Shown piece by piece: positions 50,501 through 59,296 of a stretch of 64,000 bases of DNA (position 1 is the stretch's first letter; every line of letters begins with the position of its first letter). This DNA comes from a virus, in IMG/VR virus record IMGVR_UViG_3300050196_000100, positions 8,392 through 72,391 of that record; one strand, written 5' to 3'. The position numbers and the translations under genes were made by a program. Below the pieces are notes generated by a model. The model saw only the letters and a list, made by a program, of their open reading frames with translations. It ran no database searches and had not been told where the DNA came from.

Positions 50501-52629
50501 TATGGTCTATGATTGTTTTATACATTGTTAACACTCCTTTATTCCTTATCATCCTTGACGATTAGTCTCATGTTCCATTTCGACACACTTTGTGTCCGTG
50601 TTGAACATAGTTGTACCATAGCCACCTGAGACACCTCCTGAGCCTTCCCTACGACGCTGGAGGAGCTAGGGTTTAATCTAAGAGTCTAACATATGATACA
50701 TGCTCAGAGTCCCAAGGGTAATTCTCAGGATCTTTAGGTTCACCATCGATGTCTGTAATGCCCTCTGTATCAAAGAGGTACATAATTAAACATTTGCTTC
50801 CATTGGGTAATTTGGATTCCTGTTGCCATTCCTCGGCATAGCCATGGTTAGACGATCCTTCTAGGAGTCTAGAGGTAGGTTCTGCGTTGCCAATGGCACT
50901 TCCAAAGATAACCTCTGATTCTACTGTTTCCAAGGTTTTACCATGGCTGTATTGTTTTACATTTAATTCCATTGTTATTACCTCCTAATATTCTTCATCC
51001 CTAGCATACTATACAATTCACAGAATTTCAATGACCTCTACAGGACGCTAGGGAGTGCCTAGTGCCTGCCTCCTTGGGTGTGGCATAGTATCGCCTCCTA
51101 GTATTCGTTGGACTGTCTACGGACTACCTGCGCTCACCTCATGGATGACACCGCCTTTCTGAGTATTGTAGTTACTTCAGTGTTACCTCTTGACAATATC
51201 CAGGCATTGCAAGGTAGTACTCACCGCCGTTTATAGCTGTCCAGTGTTCAGCGATGCATTCTTCATCGTTATCCCATTGCTCCATTAGTGAACTATAATC
51301 ATCTTCGAGTAATCCAGTATATCCCTTGTCCTTGCAATAGACTCCTAGCAATTCCAAGGCATCCTGTAGATTGCTGGCATATACTGTAAACTTATGTTCT
51401 CCATAGCTACCCAATGTGAGCAGGAAGGCATTGCTGCCTGTGTACTCCTTGTCATCGTGGTTGACAACTTCGGATGCAAGGACAAATTCGTCGTGCTCTT
51501 CTTCGATTACTTCCCAGGTTTTAGTTGTTACGCGATGTTCTACATCAGATTTTGAATAATTTACAAAGTCACCACCTTCCATAAATAATTTATATTTACC
51601 ATTGATGATATTAACATCGTATGTAGTACCATTAAAATTCTTAATTTTCATTATGATACCTCCTTCTATTATTTAGATTCCTCGTTCTAACACTGACTTC
51701 TTAAAAACACACCATTTAATGGCAGGGTTTATTTCCTCAAATCCTTTCCTTGCATACTCTACGCTAGTCGCTGACATAAATTGCACATTCAATGTAGTTT
51801 GTGTTTTGTTTTCGTTGAGATTTCCGATGAATTCGTTTGAATCAAATCCAACGTACATTTCACGTTTTGCCATTGTAATTCCTCCTAGTATTCTTATTAT
51901 CCTTCAGACCCTCCACCGACTACCGTTGCTCCTGCCAGGCATTCACAAGGAATAGTTGGTGTTGGTCTGTGAGTCCGTGCCGTGGACTAGACGAAGTGTT
52001 GCATGGATGATACTAGGTTAACATTGTAACCAGTGTATCATAGTTTCCTGCGACTCTTAGAATTAACTAAGAGTTTCGACTGCTAACTAAGCAAGTCATC
52101 GTCAGGCAGGGTTATTAGCTTTGATTACTTTAGATTTTAGATATGGTAGTGCATTGATATTCTTTGATGGTTTAACCATTGATATCACCTCGCTTTCGCC
52201 GTATGGCTCATATTCTATGATTAGCCTTGACTTGCATCAAGTTTCCAGTGTCGCCATCGTGGAGGCTCATAGTTGACACCGTGGGAGGGCGATGGTTACG
52301 CCCTTAGTTACTTAGCATTACATCGTCAGGCAGGGTTATTGTTCTTCTCCATATCTCACAGGATTTTTCCAGTTACAAGGTATATTCGATAATTCCATAG
52401 TTTTCAACTTTGCGATTCTATTTAATATCGCAGAACCTACATTCGATAGACTAAGTAGATAATCAAGCTCTTGCTGATTTTTAAAGGACTCTTGAGTTTC
52501 CCACATTGCATAATATTTGATTCCGTTACTATCTACACCAGTAGCACTATATCTAAAATAGCAATCATCGTTATGTTTAGTTGGAGTATTGAATGTTACA
52601 GTATGATAGTTTATTTCTAGTTTAATCAT
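47506..52629 (-). CDS. Leftward arm of ~15 small hypothetical genes (early/host-takeover type)
   Basis: e.g. 48227-48598, 49075-49287, 49290-49946, 50289-50552, 50673-50972, 51172-51651, 51673-51873, 52336-52629, mostly with GGAGG RBSs; driven by promoters at 52695 and 52791. Confidence 0.55.
52047..52110 (-). ncRNA. Type I hammerhead ribozyme
   Basis: Minus strand: CCTGC-CTGACGA-T-GAC(T)TGC-TTAGTTA-GCAGTC-GAAA-CTCTTAG-TTAATT-CTAAGAG-TC-GCAGG; all core nucleotides and stems I-III present; GUC cleavage site between 52052 and 52051. Confidence 0.8.
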
Positions 52630-52666
52630 TGCTGTTCACCGATCCTTTGTTCTTTCTTATGTACTC

Positions 52667-52791
52667 ATTATATCATATGCTAGTAACTGTGTCAATGGCT
52701 TATTCAAGTTTATTCTTAGATTGTTTAGATGATTGGGTGGGCAACTCTTTGACTTGATCTTAGTATATCATATACATTAATGTTGTGTCAA
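52667..52791 (-). promoter_or_regulatory. Two tandem leftward sigmaA promoters
   Basis: TTGACA-17-TATAAT (52695-52667) and TTGACA-18-TATACT (52791-52762). Confidence 0.85.
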
Positions 52792-52894
52792 GGGTTTATC
52801 TAAGTTTATTTCACTGGTGGTCGTGGGTAGGACAGAGGAGTCATTGGTTAGCCGTGGCAATTGCAGCAGTTGACATATGGTGCTCGTTGCTACC

Positions 52895-52915
52895 TGTGGG
52901 TAAGACTGTGGATAA
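52895..52915. promoter_or_regulatory. Tandem DnaA boxes
   Basis: TGTGGGTAA (1 mismatch) and TGTGGATAA (reverse complement of consensus TTATCCACA), followed by AT-rich DNA. Confidence 0.5.
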
Positions 52916-53184
52916 CTGTTGTTACATTGTCAGACAATGATCTAGTTTAGATAACTAGGTCTAAGCATAGAATAAACTATGTAATATAATTTCACATACT
53001 ATATACCATGCTTACAGGGACATAATTTGTCCCACATCGGACCGAAGTAAGCACCTCTGGCAACACTGGTAAACATTGACATAACCTCGCATATCCTTTG
53101 ACACTTCATCAAACTAAAGGGTGGGTTATGATCACTGGGCTGCTCAAAGGTACTAACACCAGGCTCACCTTTGAGTCAACTCTA

Positions 53185-53213
53185 ACTTCCGATAACCTTC
53201 TATTATCGGAAGT
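53185..53213. other. Perfect 11-7-11 inverted repeat, dif-like
   Basis: ACTTCCGATAA-CCTTCTA-TTATCGGAAGT. Confidence 0.6.
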
Positions 53214-53651
53214 ATAAATCAAGCATAGCAAGGGCTGACAGGACACACATAGTCAGCATAGGCTCACAATGCTTCGAGGTCACAGTGGGCTTCTGAGGCT
53301 GTCTAGTGAGGGTACGGTGATATTTCTATAACCAATCTGGGAGACCTTACGGGCAAATCGGCGGCTATTGCACTCGGCTAATCTGCGTCCCAAACCAATG
53401 AAATTCTCCGCATAATCTCCGTAATATCCTCCGCATGACGATGTTATACCTAGGTGATACTTGTTATATCTTAGATCATTATAAACTTCATATAACCCAT
53501 AGAATACATAACGCCACAGGCAATAACTCAGATAAACAATAGGTGTTACATAGGGTACGGTGATAAATTAGGTATAAACCCTTGATATTACTGCGTTTAA
53601 TAATGATTCATATAATATTTCATATGTTACAAAGTTTATCTACTATAACCC

Positions 53652-53680
53652 TTGACACAACTTTGTGCCTGTGGTATACT
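53652..53680 (+). promoter_or_regulatory. Rightward sigmaA promoter with an imperfect motif dyad
   Basis: TTGACA-17-TATACT with TG extension; GACACA-ACT-TTGTGC. Confidence 0.8.
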
Positions 53681-53978
53681 TTAGTCACGGCACAGGTTGA
53701 ACTGTGGAATAACTATGAAGTAAGTGGACACAAAGAGTGTCAAGGAGGAGAACAATGCGCTTCTACGACAAAGTAATGCTAGCCCTTGCATCCAATGTCA
53801 GCAAAGCATCTATAACACTGCCGAGGGTAACACCAAGTATGCTTGGGTTTCTGATGGTGGTCAGTGTATTCGAGGTGGTCTGGGAATGGACGAAGGGATA
53901 GCTGTGAGTTCGTTGGACACAGGTTGTGTCAATGGAATACAGAGTGATTACCTAAAGTAATCGAAGGAGGAAACAATA

Positions 53979-54740
53979 ATGTTCAATGACCGCAAAGTTG
54001 TATTCAAGGCTCTCGTAGGTAGTCACAATTACAATCTCAATGATGAATCCAGTGACAAAGACTGGAAATACTTCGTACTCCCAACATTCGATGATCTCTA
54101 TGGTGGTACTAGATTTAGCGCATCTAAAGTAGGTACAGAGGAAGACTATGATGTCCACGATATCCGTAAACTCACTGACCTGCTCTGGAAAGCCAATGTT
54201 AATTTCTTGGAGGTACTGTATTCCAATGATGTCCAAGAATTCTGGAAGCTAACTGAGCAAGGTGTGCCTAGAAGATTAGCAGTGGGTTCCGCGCATATCC
54301 TTAGAGAGATCTTCGACATCCGTGACTCCATCGTAACAATGAATCTCCCATATTTATACTCTGCCTGCAAGGGAATGTTCCATGAGAAGATGAAGAGGAT
54401 TCAAAGTCCAACATCGGGTACGCAGGAACTTATGGATAAGTATGGGTATGACACTAAGCAAGCATTGCATGCATGGAGAATCTTGGACTTCATTGTACGC
54501 TTCCATGAGTTTGATTGGGATTTCAAAACGGCTATGACATATAACGAAACCGAGCGTCAAAGAATGCTAATGATTAAGCATGGACACTTTGCCTTCGATG
54601 AGTTTAAAGCATTGGCATACGATGCGTACAATGACACATTCCTTGGACTCGAAGATATCTACAAATCCAAAGTACCTAACCTTGAAACCAAAGCTAAACT
54701 AGAGGACTTGGTGAAATCTATGGTTCACAGGAATCTATAG
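53979..54740 (+). CDS. Pol-beta superfamily nucleotidyltransferase (RlaP/Nuc-transf-like)
   Basis: VGSHNYNLN...SDKD, K.N.NFLE.L, YDTKQA.HA.R. Confidence 0.75.
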   Translation: MFNDRKVVFKALVGSHNYNLNDESSDKDWKYFVLPTFDDLYGGTRFSASKVGTEEDYDVHDIRKLTDLLWKANVNFLEVLYSNDVQEFWKLTEQGVPRRLAVGSAHILREIFDIRDSIVTMNLPYLYSACKGMFHEKMKRIQSPTSGTQELMDKYGYDTKQALHAWRILDFIVRFHEFDWDFKTAMTYNETERQRMLMIKHGHFAFDEFKALAYDAYNDTFLGLEDIYKSKVPNLETKAKLEDLVKSMVHRNL

Positions 54741-54799
54741 GATAACTATTCCTAACTTGGACACAGATTGTGTCACGAAGAAATACAAGGAGTGATTCA

Positions 54800-55678
54800 A
54801 TGGGAGCAACAGTGGTAGACGATGAGACTGGTGAGGTCGTAGGGTACTATGAAAACTACGAATACGGTGATAGTCTTAGGGTCATCAAAGAAGCAAGCAT
54901 AGATAAGCTGAAGAATTCCATAAAATGGCGTAGTGGAGATAGATTCATCAAAGTATTTTCAGCCAATCTCAAAGATATCGAAGGGAAACTGTCGGCAGGA
55001 GCATTGATGATAATGTTTAGTGTCATTCCATATGTCCAAAGGTATTCCAATCTACTTACAGACAGCGATGACACTGAGGTAAATAGAGATGCCATGATAA
55101 AACTCACTGGACTGTCAAAGAATGTCATCAATGAATACCTCAAAGAACTTATATCAAACAGAGTCCTAGCACAGGTATTATGTGGAAACTCTTACCAATA
55201 CTATGCTAATCCATATTTATACTGTGATGGCAATGAAATTAACGCTACCTTAGAGAAAATGTTCAAGGCATATCCAAGCAGGTTGAAGAAAGAAGCTATA
55301 GATGAATCAATGTCAAACAAAAGAATCTACTGGGGTAATGACTGGGATTTCACAAAGCATTTCACAGAGATAAGACCTGCGTTACTCGGTGCATTGTCAA
55401 GTAAATCATCGAGTTTATTGGTGGCATTGTTTCCCTATGTATCTTACAACACCAATTTACTATGCAGGCGTGGAAGACCCAACGAGTTCCTAACCAACAC
55501 TGACATTCAAAGCATCACTGGTTTTACCAAGAAGACCACAAGTAAGTACTTGGTTGAGCTTGTGGACTCCAAAGCATTGTCAAGAGAAAAATATGGCAAG
55601 CAATGGAAATATTTCATAAACCCAGAGATATGCATTAGAGGATCAAGGATTGACAAGTGTATTGTAGCTAAATTCTAA
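54800..55678 (+). CDS. Tandem RepL-like winged-HTH protein
   Basis: Two internal repeats (LTGLSK....YLKELI...YYANP; ITGFTK....YLVELV...YFINP); paralogue of 22258-22740. Confidence 0.55.
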   Translation: MGATVVDDETGEVVGYYENYEYGDSLRVIKEASIDKLKNSIKWRSGDRFIKVFSANLKDIEGKLSAGALMIMFSVIPYVQRYSNLLTDSDDTEVNRDAMIKLTGLSKNVINEYLKELISNRVLAQVLCGNSYQYYANPYLYCDGNEINATLEKMFKAYPSRLKKEAIDESMSNKRIYWGNDWDFTKHFTEIRPALLGALSSKSSSLLVALFPYVSYNTNLLCRRGRPNEFLTNTDIQSITGFTKKTTSKYLVELVDSKALSREKYGKQWKYFINPEICIRGSRIDKCIVAKF

Positions 55679-56373
55679 GTAATAGGTGCGTTTTCTGGGC
55701 ATTAGGTGGCATACCTAGTACCCTAAAAAGTCACCTATGTTAAAACTCTGTAACCCTTGATATCATTGACTTAATGGGCATTTTAGGTATACCTCTGTCT
55801 TATCTCTATAATATAGTATAAATCATAGACAAGCCAAAGCTATCCATATATATCTTAGGCAACCATAGAATTATAAGTTAAACATTGAACACCTGTAAAG
55901 GACAACAATGCACAGCTTAGGAAACTATGGAGCGCTAAGATGCCAATGATGCACCTAACTATACAATGATATGTGTGAACGATATTTCTATGGAAGCGAT
56001 AGCGAACATAGAGCGAAAGCAACGTCCCTCCTAAGCATCCATAGCTAACATAACGATCATAGACCACTCATTGAATCCTATGGGTAGTAGACATAGATGA
56101 ACAATGCTGAGCTATGACACCTATGAACTCTATGATAACTTAGGTAGGAGTTACATTGTACCGACAATGCCTTCACACATCACTAAAGTGCTGGTTCAGG
56201 AATACGAATGTGTTAACCTTAGAACTATACATATCAATCATTGTAATTATGTACGACACCTAGACCCATAGCCAACATCGTCCCACTAAGGCATTCATAG
56301 AATCCACTGTACAGTGACACCTATGTAACCTTAGCCTGACCGATGATTGCTATGAATACAAAGGAGGAACAAT

Positions 56374-56871
56374 ATGTCACTTAGATACGCTTATGGATAC
56401 AAAGACCAACTAAGCAAACTCTACATCTCCGCAATGAACCATCCAAAGTATAAATTCATGAACTGCAATGGGTACGTCAGCTTCAACATGGATATCAAGG
56501 AAGACACTTGGAATACCTTACAGTACGTCAGTGTCAATTCCAAAGATGAAGTCATTGGCTATATAGAAGCAAGCATAGATATTAAGGTGAACTCAGTGTC
56601 ATCATTGTATGTCTTGAACTTCTATGACCAATCCCTCTGCTTCTCCAAAGACTTCTACGGCTTCTTAGACACATTGGTTCATAGGTACACCAAGGTCAAT
56701 TTCTCTGTGGTCGTAGGCAACCCTGCGGAGACGATGTATGACAGGATCATCAAGAAGTACGGTGGACGCATCATAGGTATCAAGGAAGATCATGTGAATA
56801 TTGATGGAACACTGCATGACTTTAAGATGTATGAGATTCTGAGGAAGAATCTAAGGGTACGATGGGAATGA
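56374..56871 (+). CDS. Putative GNAT-fold protein
   Basis: EVIGYI, V..GNPAE.MY..IIKKYGG..IG pattern resembles GNAT acetyltransferases. Confidence 0.45.
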   Translation: MSLRYAYGYKDQLSKLYISAMNHPKYKFMNCNGYVSFNMDIKEDTWNTLQYVSVNSKDEVIGYIEASIDIKVNSVSSLYVLNFYDQSLCFSKDFYGFLDTLVHRYTKVNFSVVVGNPAETMYDRIIKKYGGRIIGIKEDHVNIDGTLHDFKMYEILRKNLRVRWE

Positions 56872-56904
56872 CCAGTGTAACACTTAGTACATCAATAAAC
56901 TACT

Positions 56905-57162
56905 ATGAACACACAAAGGAGAATAACAATGAGAAACCTAGCTGGATACGAAGGGACAACCTTTAGACACTTCGAAGGCAACCTCTATGAACTATTGTAC
57001 ATTGCAGAGCATACTGAAACTAATGAACAATATGTGGTCTACAAAGCACTCTATGGAATACGTAAGATACACATTAAACCCTATGATATGTTCAATGAAA
57101 CCATCCCAGAAGGCAAAGAGAATCCTATGAATCAACTTCATCGCTATGAATCTGTAGGGTAA
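56905..57162 (+). CDS. DUF1653-like protein
   Basis: FRHFEGNLY..L.IA.HTET.E.YVVYKALYG....KPY.MF. Confidence 0.75.
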   Translation: MNTQRRITMRNLAGYEGTTFRHFEGNLYELLYIAEHTETNEQYVVYKALYGIRKIHIKPYDMFNETIPEGKENPMNQLHRYESVG

Positions 57163-57606
57163 CACTTAGTCCACCACTGACCGACCATCGTCCCACCACA
57201 GTCCACCAATGTTACCCAGTACGGTGACAACTATGGTAAATACAAGGAGGAAGAACAATGTTAATTTATGGAGTCTGGTGTAATCCTACATCATTCAGAG
57301 AGGAACCAATGCTTATTAGGTACTTTGCAACAAAGGAAGACGCAGAATTATACTCCGATATTGCCAATGAAGACAGTGACTACTGCGACTACATCCATAG
57401 TGTCAAAGAAATAAACGTAGAATAAACCAAGGAGGTAATCATATGAAAATTCAACGCAACATTGAATCAATCTATGCAGCCATTGAATACATTAAGCTAA
57501 CCTGTGAGCACACCAATGCAACCTATGTGTCAAAGTATTTCAGTGACTCTGAGGTTTGGTACTGTGGAGACTGTGATAGTAGGTTCACTAAGGAGGCTGA
57601 GGAGTT

Positions 57607-58011
57607 ATGATTGCATTAAATACCACTGTTAGCTCTAAACCCTTTGTAACCTGCTATAGATGCCATGGATTCAATAGCTTTACCTTAGACAAACCAATGA
57701 AAGTCCTGGAAATACTCACTACCTACCATAGTGGCTGGGCAGTAACAGAGGATGGCTATGTCTGCCCAAGTTGCCAAGGTACCATAGTTCATCTTAAAGA
57801 TCCGAGGTGGATGTCTTTGAAATACGGAGATATTGTGGTCATTGATGGTGTTAAGTATACTGTAGAGATAGTGTTAGGTACCATGTTTCGCATAACAGCC
57901 ATAGGCATCACTAGAAACTACGATGAGGACTCAGTGGTGGACTATGATATGTCTGGGCTGTTTGACGAGGAATTACAAATGTTAGACATAGCACTATCCT
58001 ATAAACCTTAG
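57607..58011 (+). CDS. Hypothetical Zn-ribbon protein
   Basis: CYRC and CPSC motifs; RBS GGAG. Confidence 0.5.
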   Translation: MIALNTTVSSKPFVTCYRCHGFNSFTLDKPMKVLEILTTYHSGWAVTEDGYVCPSCQGTIVHLKDPRWMSLKYGDIVVIDGVKYTVEIVLGTMFRITAIGITRNYDEDSVVDYDMSGLFDEELQMLDIALSYKP

Positions 58012-58273
58012 ATACCATGACCTCCTACGCACCCACAGTGACCTACAATGTACCAACATAGGCAACACTATGGACACTACGCATTAAAGTCCACCACGGG
58101 CATCCTACGCAGTCTCAGGCACATTCTAGGAGGTAAACTATGCTGATTAAATATTACTATGTAATTATGGGTGATCCAAGGATAATTCCTGTACCAACAT
58201 TGGACGAACTTAGTGTGCCGTGGAATAACGGCGGACATACTATTATGTAACTAAGTTTAACCAAGGAGGTACA

Positions 58274-58900
58274 ATGGCAAACCCACCGAGAAACACAAAG
58301 GAAAACTGTAAGACACTTGGGGGCAACACCTCCAAGGTTGCAATAATGGGGCTAGAGTCCACCATAAGAGCCATGAAGAAGCGCAGTACACGATATGGGG
58401 ACATGGCAATAGCTGATGATCTGAACAAGGGTATACTTAAGGACTCTGACGAGAAAATCAATGCTATGGACATATGGCGTTGGTGGAATAAACACAAGGA
58501 TGACGATGATCCCTCAGAAGACCGAGTGAACATCTACGGTTCATACTTGTCTTCCCTTAAGTCCATCACTAGACAAACAGAGATGATCGAGATGTACTTG
58601 GATAACCTCAACTCCTCTGTATCCAATGTAGACGAAGTTATCAAAGTGTCCAAAGTTGTCAATGATATGACTGCGACGTTCAATCAGCTCACCATGAGGA
58701 AGTCTGCGTTGACAGGGATTATTGCCGACATCCAAGCGAAGATATACACATACCAGAATTTCACTGAAGTCCTAGGACGCTTTGAAGCCGAGATGAAAGC
58801 CAAGGACGAACTATGGTGCATCCAAGTCATCCGAAGAATCAGTGAAGACCCAATGCTTGCCGAGGTGCTAAGGAAGATTAAGGATAGTAAAGGAGATTAA
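58274..58900 (+). CDS. Putative terminase small subunit
   Basis: Helical/coiled-coil protein upstream of TerL; positional inference only. Confidence 0.4.
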   Translation: MANPPRNTKENCKTLGGNTSKVAIMGLESTIRAMKKRSTRYGDMAIADDLNKGILKDSDEKINAMDIWRWWNKHKDDDDPSEDRVNIYGSYLSSLKSITRQTEMIEMYLDNLNSSVSNVDEVIKVSKVVNDMTATFNQLTMRKSALTGIIADIQAKIYTYQNFTEVLGRFEAEMKAKDELWCIQVIRRISEDPMLAEVLRKIKDSKGD

Positions 58901-59249
58901 CATATGACAAACTTAGTAGCCAATGAGATCATGGAATTATCTGACATGAACGATGAACTAATGAACATCAATGCCGCGCTGAGAGACAAGCTAGAGTCAA
59001 CTACGAGTGACCTTGTGGTGACACTGGAAAAGCTGGTGGAGTTGCAGGGTAGATTCATCGACTTTAATGAACCCTTAGAAGTCTGTGAGTGCCCGAGGTG
59101 TTGTCAATAGAATATAAAGGACTTGCTATGGACGACAAGGGAGGCGCGTTATCAAAGAGTACTTAGTTTAACACTAGATTAGCAGAGATGAATGCCTGCA
59201 CCTCAGCCGAGGGTTAAACGTCGGCAACATAAAATTTCATAAGTAAACT

Positions 59250-59296
59250 AAAGTAGACCTCCGATTGTCGTTGTGACGCGGAGGTCTACTTTGCTA
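59250..59296 (+). terminator. 14-bp-stem hairpin/terminator
   Basis: AAAGTAGACCTCCG ... CGGAGGTCTACTTT. Confidence 0.65.

Larger units (their letters stand above)
8766..54774. repeat. Dispersed polar motif family TA(A/G)CTATG-N9-GACACA-N3-TGTGTC (25 copies)
   Basis: Dyad starts (plus coordinates): 8766, 9477, 9579, 10367, 17482, 17938, 19746, 20015, 20729, 21947, 23153, 27673, 29044, 31819, 32541, 34692, 35353, 37836, 43509, 48710(-), 50582(-), 53654, 53727, 53916, 54760. Copies at 27673, 34692, 48710, 53654 and 53727 are imperfect. Confidence 0.95.
14206..58115. repeat. Second dispersed repeat CACCACGGGC(A/T)TCCTA(G/C)..., four copies
   Basis: 14206-14227(+), 27762-27790(+), 45584-45612(-), 58092-58115(+); all intergenic. 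Confidence 0.85.

Noticed and set aside
8766-54774. Main motif as a conserved leader peptide M-x-x-L-D-T-x-C-V
   Set aside because: Two copies have in-frame stops (ATG CCT TGA at 9465, ATG AAG TAA at 53715), four lack ATG (TTG, ACG, GTG, ATT), downstream frames vary, and the dyad codons show almost no synonymous change. The constraint is on nucleotides.
8766-54774. Main motif as a CRISPR array
   Set aside because: Copies are 0.1-7 kb apart and separated by whole genes, with no constant spacers and no cas genes.
56265-58080. ACC/CAC-rich intergenic tracts sharing CATCGTCCCAC (about 56275 and 57186)
   Set aside because: Low-complexity similarity with only one 11-nt exact match; no consistent structure found.
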